A stretch of 64,000 bases of DNA from an uncultured bacterium (GCA_963749495.1 CAVVMW010000021.1:768001-832000), one strand, 5' to 3'. Counted from the stretch's first letter, positions 31,105-40,801 are shown. Translations and numbers: made by a program. The notes: a model not told the origin generated them from the sequence alone.

Positions 31105-32450
31105 ACCTCTGGCCCTTTAAGTTCAACGGCCAAATCCCACCGATCATTAATTATCTGTGGTGAATGAGTCGCAAGAATAACGTCGAAGGACGACACCTTC
31201 ACAACGCGAGCAAGGTCCTTCAGAAACTCGACTTGCCACGCCACATGTAACGAAAGCTCGGCTCATCGATCAAAATAAGCGCACCTGGTTTGGTTTTGAA
31301 AAGCAACTCGTACAGCAGCACCAGTTCGTGTTGTTCCCCTGACGACAGGTCAGTTGGAGACAACGGTAAATCCTGGAATGTTTGGAGCCGAAATCCTTTT
31401 TGTCTCTCAACGTCCAGCTCCTTGTACGAGAATCGCTTGTTAACCAGCTCTTTGAACAACTCAACCTTTCCACTGATTTCCTCGAAGACACTCAGCTTCC
31501 TCTCGATATCGTCCGAATAAATCGACAGAATATTCTTCGTCGTGTCATCCACTGGCCTCTGCGGATCAAACAAGGGAGCCTCGTACTGCTCCTTTGTCAG
31601 CAAACCAGCCGCAATGATGCGGCGTCTTCTATCTTCCAAATCTTGCAGTTTTTTGGTGAGCGCTTCCACATCGACGGAAGCCCCAGAACCTAGTCTGCAA
31701 AACCCTCGTCGGAAAGGTGCTATCGAGTTGCTGAGAAAAGGTCCCGTATTTCGCCTGAACCTCCTGAATATTGCCAGCTAACTCCTTCGAGTAGCCTGAA
31801 ACCGCAGGCTCCAAGCCGAATGATCCCTCTGAATACCTGGACCTGCGCGATGTTGGAACACTTAACAAGCGCTGTGCCTCAATCAGGCGCACATCAATCG
31901 CCTTCGGTAAATCAGTTAACCAATCGGGCAGCTTCTTGCGCTTCGTCTGTCTCATCGGAAGCATATCCCGGTAGGTTTCGAGAACATCATCAAGGTCCAG
32001 TAGTTTGCCAGTTTGAGTGTCAAGCCAGGTTTGTTGCCCCACTCGTTCTAAGTTGTCTATATGGCGTTCGATGAATTCTATCGGAAAGCCGATTCCCTCA
32101 CGCAATGATGAGAACTCTAACGTGTGTTCCTGGGCAACGCTTCCGCCGGACTTTAATTCAAATTGCAGGACTGTCGCAGGCTCCCCCTTCTCACCGTCAC
32201 TCCTCGAACCAACCTTCTTTGTCACTGAAATTTCTCTGCCGTTTTCCATCATGATGGAGAACCTCTCAAAAACCACCCGTCGCAACCTGGCGAAATGGTT
32301 GCCCACCAAGCTCTGGATCAGCAAAAGAAGCGCTGTTTTGCCGTAACCGTTAGGACCATGAATAATAGTGATTTTGTCCTTAAGATTAAGTGGGATGACA
32401 TGGTTGAAAATCCCAAAAAGGTTCACGACTTGAATCTTTGTTAAGCGCAT
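31101..32450 (-). CDS. AAA_15/AAA_21 ABC-type ATPase; PARIS AriA-like; two frameshifts (about 31680 and 31258)
   Basis: IIHGPNGYGKT Walker A, LSSGEQHE signature, LILIDEP Walker B, ILATHSPQII H-loop in a third frame ending ELKGPEV*. Confidence 0.88.
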
Positions 32451-32505
32451 GTTCGTTTGTTAAGCAGCATAAACACTTGTCTGGGACGCGTCACGCTCAA
32501 TCGCG

Positions 32506-32634
32506 CGTTGGGGAAGTCCGCGGTTGGGCGACATGCCGGGTGACCGCTGGAAATCGCTAGGCGTGACCGATAAGCAGGTTGCCGAAAAGAAGGCGCGTGA
32601 ATTCATCCAGGAGGAGGTCCCCTTGGGTGCGTGA
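32506..32634 (+). pseudogene. Possible tyrosine integrase N-terminal remnant
   Basis: Translates LGDMPGDRWKSLGVTDKQVAEKKAREFIQEE, resembling the N-terminal helix region of phage-type integrases; lies next to an att-like repeat. Confidence 0.45.
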
Positions 32635-32715
32635 GCGCTCCGGCGTTAGGCATTCTGCCGCAACAAGTTGGCCACGCCGGTGCCACGTGGGGCACCGTGG
32701 GGCCACGAGGCGAGA

Positions 32716-32930
32716 TCACCTTGCCAAGGTGACGCTCTACCAGACTGGGAGGGGTCAGAACAAGGTCTTTCCACAATTTTCCGGCGCTGTGGCCGGCCCA
32801 GGGTTTTCCCTGGCCACTCCGGCCGGACACCGGTCTCTTCCCCCCTCGGCTTCAGCGCCTGCACCTCCGGTGCCGGGATATGCCCCCGAAACGCCTCCGC
32901 GAAGTCCTCCTTCACGTGCCCCCGGCCCAC
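32716..32930. repeat. 215-bp direct repeat, copy 1, starting with a tRNA-Gly anticodon-arm remnant
   Basis: Colinear with 34500-34714 (tcaccttg.caaggtgacg...ttcacgtgcccccgg.ccac). Confidence 0.9.
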
Positions 32931-32931
32931 C

Positions 32932-33076
32932 GGGCGCATTCGCGAGTGCTTGGTGGAGCGCCGACTTGCAGTCGGCTTTGCGCGTATCCCGTTTCCGAAT
33001 TCGTTGCTCTTGGTCCGGTCTAAGCCGACTGCAAGTCGGCGCTCCGCCTCGGCACCAAGCACTCGCGAATGCGCCC
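32932..33076. repeat. Nested palindromic REP-like element
   Basis: Outer gggcgcattcgcgagtgcttggtg / caccaagcactcgcgaatgcgccc; inner ggagcgccgacttgcagtcggct / agccgactgcaagtcggcgctcc. Confidence 0.85.
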
Positions 33077-33168
33077 CCTGAACAGGCTTGAACATCGTTG
33101 AATTTGTTACGCGAGAACGTTATGCCGAAGGAGTGGTGACTCTGTAAGTCGTTGAATCCCAGTCAGTC

Positions 33169-33390
33169 TCAAGGCGTAACCCCCAAGGCTGGTTTCTCGA
33201 ATTTCACACCCTTGCGGAGGGCGTGGTCAACCATTTCTGCGACGTAGCGGCGGCGTTCCGCAAGCGGCAGGAAGTTGACCCTGGCCATTTCCTCGCCGAA
33301 GGCGCGGACATGGAATTCGTACGCCACGCGGTGGAGGTGATCCAAAACGTCGGCCGCAAGCCAGTCGGGCGTTGTCTTTACGTCACTCAT
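33169..33390 (-). CDS. Small hypothetical protein, partner of the upstream nucleotidyltransferase-like gene
   Basis: 73 aa; ATGA overlap with ORF 33387-34310. Confidence 0.7.
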   Translation of the reverse strand: MSDVKTTPDWLAADVLDHLHRVAYEFHVRAFGEEMARVNFLPLAERRRYVAEMVDHALRKGVKFEKPALGVTP

Positions 33391-34310
33391 TGCGCCAAGA
33401 GGTTAAAGCAATCCACGGCATCTGGCAACCAACGGAGTGCTCCAGGCGGAAGAAAGCGGGCTGCCTGGGCTTGGGCTTCGTCAATCAGCCGTTCGATTCC
33501 GTACTGGCGCAAAGGACTAACCGGCAACAACGGCTCGGCATGTTTGAGACGAACCCGATGCTGCACCGCAAGGGATGAGGCGCTGGAGCGATGGTCCCTT
33601 TTGACGGCCAGCATATAGGGCCGCACGGCGCGTTCATAGACTTTCACGCGAAGTTGGTCGAGCCGGTTCCAGAACTCGATTTCGCCTTTCAGCGCTAATT
33701 CCAGGCGCTCGTCCGCCTCCGCCAACAGGGCCAGTGCCGGACGCAAGGCGATCATCGCCGCCGGGCAGCGCAGCTTTCTCGCCGTCTGAACCAGCACGTC
33801 GTAGTTGAAGAGGTGCAGCCAACCACGCGGGTCGCCAGCTTCAAGGAGTTTGACCCCTAAGGCCGTAGCGAAGGGCCAATCCTTTTCGCGATTCGTGCGT
33901 TTCATTTCCGCCACGGTGTGCAGGCCGGCGTAGAAGCCCTGGAGTTCCGCTTCCCAGGGAGAACTGCCCCGCGGCGCAACTCCGAAAATGTCAAGATACG
34001 CCTCCACGCCGGGCGTGTCCCAGACAAAATGACTGGTCCAGCCGCCGCGCAGCCAGCGCGAATCAAGCGGTGGGGTGAGATGGCCCCGATAGCTGGGCGT
34101 CTGGCCGCCCAGACTGGCCTCGCCGAGCAGCTTGAAAAACTCACCGGCGGCATCCGGAGCGCAGAGCAGATCGCAATCCTTCGTCGCTTGAGCCACGCCA
34201 AAAGCCACACAGGCCATGCCGCTGGTAATCGCACAGGTTATCCCACGACCGCGGGCGCGGGAGACCAACCCTTCGTAGAATTGTTCTAATTCAGCGTAGC
34301 TCAACGGCAC
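33387..34310 (-). CDS. Nucleotidyltransferase-superfamily protein (AbiEii/DUF6036-like)
   Basis: ITSGMACVAFGVAQATKDCDLL matches the G(G/S)xA...T.DxD Pol-beta NTase motif; K.T.REKDW downstream. Confidence 0.7.
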   Translation of the reverse strand: MPLSYAELEQFYEGLVSRARGRGITCAITSGMACVAFGVAQATKDCDLLCAPDAAGEFFKLLGEASLGGQTPSYRGHLTPPLDSRWLRGGWTSHFVWDTPGVEAYLDIFGVAPRGSSPWEAELQGFYAGLHTVAEMKRTNREKDWPFATALGVKLLEAGDPRGWLHLFNYDVLVQTARKLRCPAAMIALRPALALLAEADERLELALKGEIEFWNRLDQLRVKVYERAVRPYMLAVKRDHRSSASSLAVQHRVRLKHAEPLLPVSPLRQYGIERLIDEAQAQAARFLPPGALRWLPDAVDCFNLLAQ

Positions 34311-34466
34311 GGCCTAGCTTTACCGTGCCAGGCCCCCCAAGTCGAGTGTCAAAGGGAGCTTCTTCCGCGGCGAACGTTCGTCCGCAGGGCCTCTGGTGTT
34401 TCCAGGGAAAGCTTCGGGGTCTGCTGCACTTTTACCGCAGAGCCTCGTAACTCCTTGACAATCAAC

Positions 34467-34527
34467 TGGAGCGGGTGAAGCGAGTCGAACCCTCGACATT
34501 CACCTTGGCAAGGTGACGATCTCCCAG
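34467..34527 (-). pseudogene. tRNA-Gly(GCC) 3' fragment, att-site-like
   Basis: Minus strand reads cgtcaccttGCCaaggtgaatgtcgagggttcgactcgcttcacccgctCCA; the 5' acceptor strand gcgggtg is missing. Confidence 0.8.
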
Positions 34528-34714
34528 TCTCGGACGGGGTCAGAACAAAGTCTTTCCACAATTTTCCGGCGCTGTGGCCGGCCCAGGTTTTTCCCTGTCC
34601 ACTCCGGCCGGACACCGGCGTCTCCCCCCTCGGCTTGAGCGCCTGCACCTGCGGTGCCGGGATATGCCGCCGAAACGCCTCCGCGAAATCCTCGTTCACG
34701 TGCCCCCGGGCCAC
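34500..34714. repeat. 215-bp direct repeat, copy 2
   Basis: Colinear with 32716-32930. Confidence 0.9.
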
Positions 34715-34938
34715 GTCCTCCCCAATCCGAAGCTCGATTTTACCGAACTGGTCTCGACTTCCACCGTGTCAAACAAAAACAGCGCCTGCAAAAATCCCCC
34801 GGTTTTACCGGCGCTGTAGCGCCTGGTTGCGGGTCGTGTTGCGGGTCCGACCTCAAAAATCCCCCGGTTCCATGCGCCTTGTAGCACTGTAGCGGGTCTA
34901 TACCCCTGCCCCGCAGATCACCCGGTCAGGAGAACACC

Positions 34939-35008
34939 CGAGGGACGAGGGGCGAGGGACGAGGGACGAGGGTCGAGGGACGAGGGTCGAGGGTCGAGGG
35001 TCGAGGGG
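34939..35008. repeat. Heptamer tandem repeat (CGAGGG[A/G/T]) x10
   Basis: Read directly from the sequence. Confidence 0.95.
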
Positions 35009-35053
35009 CCTTGCGCGCTCCGCAGTCTCCATGCCAATCGAGAGAAGATAGAG

Positions 35054-35119
35054 AACCACGGAACACACGGAATGCACGGAAAGGGGCCTATTTCCGTGTG
35101 TTCCGTGTGTTCCGTGGTT
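35054..35119. repeat. REP-like hairpin (aaccacggaacacacggaa...ttccgtgtgttccgtggtt)
   Basis: Near-perfect inverted repeat of 9-mer units; same family as 6152-6322. Confidence 0.85.
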
Positions 35120-35268
35120 AAAAAAAACGCTTAGGCGAGGGTTTGGGGGGACAGAACGGGGTTGACACATAGGCCGGGAGTATTGTGATCTGCTGGACGA
35201 TGTTCATTTGCGAATGCGCTAAGGTTGCCCACTCACGGGCGGCCTGCCGGCGGGAATAGGAAAACGCC

Positions 35269-36162
35269 ATGCCACTGGTTTCGATGAGCGGATTGCTCGC
35301 GGACGCCCGGGCCGGCGGGTACGCCGTCTGTTATTGCGAGTCCTGGAACCTCGAGTCGCTGCAGGCGGTGGTGGAAGGGGCCGAGGCCATGAGTTCGCCG
35401 GTCATCGCCGGCTTCAATGGCGGCTTCTTGCGGCATCCGTCCCGGGCCCGGCCGGAACGGTTGGCGTATTATGGCGCCCTGTCTGCCGCGCTGGCGGCCA
35501 GCGCGGTTCCGACGGCTTTCATATTAAACGAAACGGACGACCTGGCTCAGATGCAGGAAGGGCTGGAACAGGGCTTCAACGCCGTCATGGTGGAGAGCGA
35601 CCTGCTGGCGCCCGGGGAGTACGTTGATCTGGTCAAAAAGGTCGTGCGGATGGCCCACGCCCGGTCCGCGTCGGTGGAGGCCCAGGTCGGGCGCTTGCCG
35701 CACGGTTGCGGCGGCGGCCCCGGCCATGGGGAAGCGACCAACCCTGGGGTGGCACGGGCGTTCGTGGAGAAGACCGGTATCAATGCGCTGGGTGTCTCCA
35801 TCGGCAACACGCACATTCTCACCCGGGGCAAGGCGCCCATCGATGTCGAATTGCTGGCGAGAATTCGGGAACAGGTGGACGTGCCGTTGGTGGTGCACGG
35901 CGGGACGGGTTTCCCGGCGGCGTGTGCCGCGCAGGTCATTCGTCTGGGGGTGGCGAAGTTCAACTTTGGCACCAACCTCAAGCAGGCTTACCTGGCCGCC
36001 CTGCGGGAGAAGTTGGCGCCCTACACTGAACCGATGAACCCGCATTTGTTCCTTGGGATGGGCGGCCAGGAAGACATCCTGGTCGCGGCCCGCATGGCCG
36101 TTAAGCAGCGAGTTCAGGAGTTGATTGAGACTTATTCCAAATCGCGTTCAAGATGTGACTAA
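35269..36162 (+). CDS. Class II fructose/tagatose-bisphosphate aldolase family protein
   Basis: ARAGGYAV, GFNAVM, SVEAQVG, SIGNTH, PLVVHGGTG and GVAKFNFGT motifs; some canonical metal ligands are altered (LNET in place of LDH). Confidence 0.85.
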   Translation: MPLVSMSGLLADARAGGYAVCYCESWNLESLQAVVEGAEAMSSPVIAGFNGGFLRHPSRARPERLAYYGALSAALAASAVPTAFILNETDDLAQMQEGLEQGFNAVMVESDLLAPGEYVDLVKKVVRMAHARSASVEAQVGRLPHGCGGGPGHGEATNPGVARAFVEKTGINALGVSIGNTHILTRGKAPIDVELLARIREQVDVPLVVHGGTGFPAACAAQVIRLGVAKFNFGTNLKQAYLAALREKLAPYTEPMNPHLFLGMGGQEDILVAARMAVKQRVQELIETYSKSRSRCD

Positions 36163-36296
36163 TTCGCTTGTCTTTTGGCCCTCTGGCTTCGTTGCTCGCT
36201 CGTTGCAGATCGCTGCGGATATGCGCCTCGCTCGCGCCTCGCCAGAGGGCCAAAATCCGGCGCGCCTTAGTCTCATCTTGAACGCTCATTGGAATT
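36133..36296. mobile_element. MITE-like element sharing its core with 10013-10172 (inverted)
   Basis: IR ttccaaatcgcgttcaagatgtgactaa / ttagtctcatcttgaacgctcattggaa; core ctggcgaggcgcgagcgagg...aacgagcgagcaacgaagccag shared. Confidence 0.75.
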
Positions 36297-36387
36297 ACGG
36301 TTTTGCCGGCGCGCGGTTGCGGCCTGGGGCGCCCCCCAGGAAACCCGGAACGTCGAATTAACGTCAGAGAATATGGAACGTCAAACG

Positions 36388-39213
36388 ATGATGACCAAGG
36401 CATTGCTCAGGCGTGTCGCATTAGCCTGGATATTTCACGCGCTCTTTGTAGCGCAGACTTCCAAGTCTGCTGTATCGCGGGTTTCCAAACCCGCCGGGCG
36501 CCCGAGCCGGGGGACACCCTGCCGACTTGGAAGTCGGCGACACAGCAGGCTTGGAAGCCTGCGCTACCGGTTCGCCGTCGGTCGTGGCCAGGCAACTCGT
36601 GGAATATGCGGTTTAGTGCTGGCGGTGGCGCTCGCCGCGGCGGGGGGAGCTTTGGGCGCGGAAATCGCCAACGCTCCGCCGGGGACGGAGGCCAAGCCCA
36701 CGTTTTGGCTGGTTCCCCACACGCATTGGGAGGGGGCGGTTTTCAAGACCCGGGAAGAGTATTTGGAGATGGGGTTGCCCCACATTCTGACAGCGGTGCG
36801 GTTGTTGAAAGAGCACCCGAATTACCGGTTCGCGCTCGACCAGGCGGCCTATTTCCGGCCGTTCCTGGAGCGGTATCCGGAGGAAGCCGACGCGTTTCGG
36901 CGGTTTGTCGCAGAGGGCCGGCTGCAGATCGTCTGCGGCCTGGACGTGATGCCGGACGACAATATGCCCGGGGGCGAGGCGTTCGTGCGCCAGATTCTCT
37001 ACGCCAAGGGCTACTGCCGGGAGGCGCTGGGCGTCGAGGTCACGGTCGGTTGGCTGCTCGATACGTTCGGCCATCACGCCCAGATGCCCCAAGTGCTGCG
37101 GTTGGCCGGCTATAATTCCTTCTGGTTCGCCCGCGGTGTTGCCGACCGCAGCAAGATGCCCTCCGAGTTCGACTGGCAGGGCCTGGACGGCACGCGCATT
37201 CCGGCCTTCTGGCTGCCCCATTCCTACGGGTATCTCTACGGCCCGCCGCAGGATCTGCCGCATTTCACCACGTTCATGAAGGAGCATTGGGACGGCCTGG
37301 CCCCGTTCTCGAGCGGCGGCGACCGCGTGGGCCTGGCCGGCGTCGATGTTTCCGAGCCCGAAATCTATGTGCCCGACCTGGTCGAGCAATTCAACCGGCA
37401 GCCCAACCTCCCGTTCACCTTGCGCCTGGGCGTGCCGACAGACTTTGAGGCCACGGTGGCGCAAAGGAAGGAAAAGCCGGTCATCACCGGCGAGCGCAAT
37501 CCGCTCTTTCAGGGCATTTACAGCAGCCGCATCGAACTCAAGCAGCGGATGCGCGAGATCGAGCAGTTGTTGGCGAGCGCCGAGAAACTCGGGGCACTGG
37601 CCAATTGGCTGGGCACGCCCACGGACAGCGACCAGACCTGGCGCGCCTGGGAACCGGCCTTGTTCAACGTGACTCACGATCTGGCCTCCGGCGTGATGAC
37701 CGACCTTGTCTATGCGGACACCGTGCGCAGCTACGACTTCTCCCAGCGCCTGGCTGAGGAACTGATCGAGGCGCGGTTGGGCGCCGTCCTGTCACGGGTC
37801 AACACGCGCGGCACGGGCGTCCCGCTAGCCGTGTTCAACACCCTGGGCTGGGAGCGCACCGACGCCGCCCAGGGGGACGTGGGTTTCGCGGAAGGCGGCG
37901 TCGCGGATTTCGAGTTGTTCGACGCGGCGGGCCAGGCGGTGCCGGCCCAATTGTTGGAGGCGGAACACTTCGAAGACGGCGGGTTGCGGCGCGTCAAATT
38001 TGCGTTTGTGGCCCGGGCCGTCCCGGCCCTGGGCTATTCGGTCTATCACGTTGTGTCCCGCAAATCCACCGGCCAAGCCCGGACCACGGCCCTCGAGACC
38101 AACGGGATGGTCGCGCTGGAGAACGATAATTATGAGGTAAAAGTCGATTTGACGACCGGCGCCTTGACCAGCTTGCGGGTCAAACCGGGCGATTGGGAGG
38201 CCCTGGCAGGGCCCGCCAATGTCGTGGCGCGCGAGACGGACAATGGCGATTTCTGGGAACTTTACCATAACCTCGACGGTGGCCAGAACGTCATGATGAC
38301 CCGCCCTCTGAACGTGCCCCAACCCGGCCAGGCCCGCTTCAGCACCGAGGAAGCGGCCAAGTCCGGCAGCGTGCGGCGGGGACCGGTATTTTCTGAAATT
38401 GAGGTGAGCCATCCGTTTGGGGCGAACACCATTGCAACCCGGGTGCGGCTTTACCAGGGGCTTCGCCGCCTGGACTTCGAGACGCGAATCCTGAACCAGG
38501 ACAAGTTCGTTCGCTACCGGGTCCTGGTGCCGACGACCCTCAAGGGCGGGCGCAACTTCCAGGAAATTCCTTTCGGCGCCCTCGAACGGCCCCAGGCGCA
38601 GGAGTTCCCGGCGCAGAATTGGATCGACTGCGGCGACGGCGAGCGCGGGGTCGCCCTGTTGAATCGCGGCCTGCCGGGAAACAATGTCGCCGAAGGCACG
38701 TTGATGCTCTCGTTGCTCCGCTCTTCGCGCATCCAGTCCTACGGCATCGGCGGCGGTTTCGAAGGCCAGGGGAGCGATTCCGGCCTGGAGTTGGGCAAGC
38801 AATTGACCTTCCGCTATGCCCTGGTTGCGCACGCGGGCGACTGGCGCGCCGCGGCGGTGTGGCGGGCGGGCCTCGAGTTCAACCACCCGCTCCTGGTGCG
38901 CAAGGCCGCAGCACACCCCGGCAGCCTGCCCGCGCGATGGGGTTGGCTGGAGGTGTCTCCCGCAAACGTGGCGCTGAGTGCGCTCAAACCGGCCAAGGAC
39001 GGCGCCACCGTGCTCCGTGTTTATGAGACGGCCGGGCGAGCCACCCCGGGAGTCATGATTAAGCTGCAGGCAAGAGTCCTGGCCGCCAACGAAGCCAATC
39101 TCATGGAGGACGCCGGCGCGAGGATGGCGGTGGCCAAAGACGCGGTCCAATTTGACCTGCACCCGTTCGAGATAAAGACCATCAAACTCCGGCTCCAGAC
39201 CCCGGACCGGTGA
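36388..39213 (+). CDS. GH38 alpha-mannosidase-like protein with an in-frame MITE in its signal peptide
   Basis: VPHTHWE, GWLLDTFGH..QMPQ, SEFDWQGLDGTRI and FEIKT GH38 motifs. Confidence 0.9.
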   Translation: MMTKALLRRVALAWIFHALFVAQTSKSAVSRVSKPAGRPSRGTPCRLGSRRHSRLGSLRYRFAVGRGQATRGICGLVLAVALAAAGGALGAEIANAPPGTEAKPTFWLVPHTHWEGAVFKTREEYLEMGLPHILTAVRLLKEHPNYRFALDQAAYFRPFLERYPEEADAFRRFVAEGRLQIVCGLDVMPDDNMPGGEAFVRQILYAKGYCREALGVEVTVGWLLDTFGHHAQMPQVLRLAGYNSFWFARGVADRSKMPSEFDWQGLDGTRIPAFWLPHSYGYLYGPPQDLPHFTTFMKEHWDGLAPFSSGGDRVGLAGVDVSEPEIYVPDLVEQFNRQPNLPFTLRLGVPTDFEATVAQRKEKPVITGERNPLFQGIYSSRIELKQRMREIEQLLASAEKLGALANWLGTPTDSDQTWRAWEPALFNVTHDLASGVMTDLVYADTVRSYDFSQRLAEELIEARLGAVLSRVNTRGTGVPLAVFNTLGWERTDAAQGDVGFAEGGVADFELFDAAGQAVPAQLLEAEHFEDGGLRRVKFAFVARAVPALGYSVYHVVSRKSTGQARTTALETNGMVALENDNYEVKVDLTTGALTSLRVKPGDWEALAGPANVVARETDNGDFWELYHNLDGGQNVMMTRPLNVPQPGQARFSTEEAAKSGSVRRGPVFSEIEVSHPFGANTIATRVRLYQGLRRLDFETRILNQDKFVRYRVLVPTTLKGGRNFQEIPFGALERPQAQEFPAQNWIDCGDGERGVALLNRGLPGNNVAEGTLMLSLLRSSRIQSYGIGGGFEGQGSDSGLELGKQLTFRYALVAHAGDWRAAAVWRAGLEFNHPLLVRKAAAHPGSLPARWGWLEVSPANVALSALKPAKDGATVLRVYETAGRATPGVMIKLQARVLAANEANLMEDAGARMAVAKDAVQFDLHPFEIKTIKLRLQTPDR
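36425..36612. mobile_element. 188-bp REP-containing MITE with TTAG duplication inside the GH38 5' end
   Basis: TTAG at 36421-36424 and 36613-36616; imperfect TIR; internal gtagcgcagacttccaagtctgctgt / acagcaggcttggaagcctgcgctac. Confidence 0.8.
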
Positions 39214-39268
39214 AGACCTCTCTTCAAGTCCTGCCTGACGCCCCCGCCCGGAAAGACCCTGACACACG

Positions 39269-39658
39269 ATGAAGGTCCAAATGAAAATGCCGGACTTGGC
39301 GACGACCGGTTCGGACATCCGCCTGGTTCGCTGGTTGGCCCAGCCCGGCGAGGCGGTCAAGCGCGGCCAGCCTTTGCTCGAAATTGAAACCGACAAGGCC
39401 GTCTCGACCGTCGAGTCGAGCATCGCCGGCGTGCTCACGGAAGTCAGCATCCGCCCCGACGCGCTGGTCTCCGCCGGCCAGGTGATCGCTCTCTTCGAGA
39501 TGGCGGGCGCCATGCCCGCGGTCGGCGCGCCCCCCACTGCGCTGGCGCCTCCGGCCACGCCGGCGGCCGCTCCGCGGTCTGTCCCGACGCCCGCCCCGTT
39601 ACCCGAGCCCAGACCGTCCGCCCAAACCCCTGCGGCGCCGGCTCTCGATCCATCCTGA
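39269..39658 (+). CDS. Lipoyl/biotinyl domain plus Pro/Ala linker (probable N-terminus of a lipoyl-E1 alpha fusion)
   Basis: LLEIETDKAV lipoylation motif; its stop codon lies inside the inserted repeat. Confidence 0.85.
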   Translation: MKVQMKMPDLATTGSDIRLVRWLAQPGEAVKRGQPLLEIETDKAVSTVESSIAGVLTEVSIRPDALVSAGQVIALFEMAGAMPAVGAPPTALAPPATPAAAPRSVPTPAPLPEPRPSAQTPAAPALDPS

Positions 39659-39818
39659 AACTGCCCCCACCCTCGGGGGCTGGACCGGAGTGCGCCCGTC
39701 CCCGGGCGCAGCGACGTCCGGAGCCAGGGCAGCGGTCGAACACTCCAGCGCGCCTGCCCGCTCCGTCGCTGCTGCGCCCGGGGACGGGCGCACTCCGGGG
39801 GCGGTGTCTGGCTGCGCC
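39647..39818. mobile_element. 172-bp palindromic element, copy 2 (inverted)
   Basis: Gap-free colinear with the reverse complement of 23138-23309. Confidence 0.85.
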
Positions 39819-40781
39819 CCTCCCACCCAGGACCGGTCCTTCCTGCTCTCCCTCTTTGAGCGCATGGTGCTCATTCGCCAATTCGAGGAGCGAGTGAAGT
39901 TCCTTTTCCTCGAGGGCACGATGCCCGGGACGATTCATCAGTGCCAGGGACAGGAGGCGACGGCCGTGGGCGTGTGCGCGGCGCTGGAAAGAGGCGATTG
40001 GATCACCTCGACGTTCCGCGGCCACGGCCATGCGCTGGCCAAGGGCCTGACGCCCCAGGAGTTGCTCGACGAGTTGTTCGGCGCGCGCACGGGCTGCTGC
40101 CGGGGCAAGGGCGGCTCGATGCATGTCGGCAACCCGGACAAAGGGATGCTCCCGGGCATCGCCATCGTCGCCGGGGGCATCCCACTGGCCGCCGGCATGG
40201 CGCTGGCCTTCCGCATGCAGAAGAGTTCGCAAGTCGTCGCTTGTTTCTTCGGCGACGGCGCGGTGGCGGAGGGCGCGTTCCACGAAGGGGTCAACCTGGC
40301 GGCGCTGTGGAAGTTGCCCGCCATTTTCGTGTGTGAGAACAACCTCTACGGTGCCTCGACCCACATCAGCAAAGTCATGCGCAACACACGGATTGCCGAC
40401 CGTGCCGCCGGCTACGGATTTCGCGGGGAAACCGTCGATGGCAACGACGTGCTCGCCGTCTATGATGCCGCCCGGCGGGCCGCGGCGGACGGGCGCGCCG
40501 GGCGCGGGCCGGTGTTGCTGGAGTTGCTCACCTATCGCCGCACCGGCCATTCGCGCCGCGACCCATGCCATTACCAACCCAAAGAGGAACGCGAGGCCTG
40601 GTTCAGCCGGGACCCGATCCAGCGCTTCGCGGCCCGGCTGCAGGAGCGCGGGGATGTCTCGGCGGCCGACCTCGAGGCGGTCAACACCCGGGTCGAGGCC
40701 CGGATCGAGGAGGCCGTTGCGAAGTCCCAGCTTGCCCCGCAGCCAACGCTCTCGGATTTGGAGACGGATGTCCTGGCCTGA
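39819..40781 (+). CDS. TPP-dependent 2-oxoacid/acetoin dehydrogenase E1 alpha subunit
   Basis: GQEA, RGHGH, GKGGSMH, GDGA...ENN and TYR..GHS motifs; first in-frame ATG at 39864. Confidence 0.92.
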   Translation, partial: PPTQDRSFLLSLFERMVLIRQFEERVKFLFLEGTMPGTIHQCQGQEATAVGVCAALERGDWITSTFRGHGHALAKGLTPQELLDELFGARTGCCRGKGGSMHVGNPDKGMLPGIAIVAGGIPLAAGMALAFRMQKSSQVVACFFGDGAVAEGAFHEGVNLAALWKLPAIFVCENNLYGASTHISKVMRNTRIADRAAGYGFRGETVDGNDVLAVYDAARRAAADGRAGRGPVLLELLTYRRTGHSRRDPCHYQPKEEREAWFSRDPIQRFAARLQERGDVSAADLEAVNTRVEARIEEAVAKSQLAPQPTLSDLETDVLA

Positions 40782-40801
40782 CAGAAAGGAGAATTGAAGC
40801 T

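Noticed and set aside
34467..34545. Functional tRNA-Gly
   Set aside because: The 5' acceptor strand is missing and the D and T arms carry mismatches; treated as an att remnant.
34939..35119. Possible CRISPR array in the short repeats here and at 6152-6322
   Set aside because: Units are 7-9 bp in tandem or hairpins with no unique spacers, and no cas genes are present.
35162..35190. Sigma70 promoter at TTGACA upstream of the aldolase
   Set aside because: No convincing -10 hexamer at 16-18 bp spacing.
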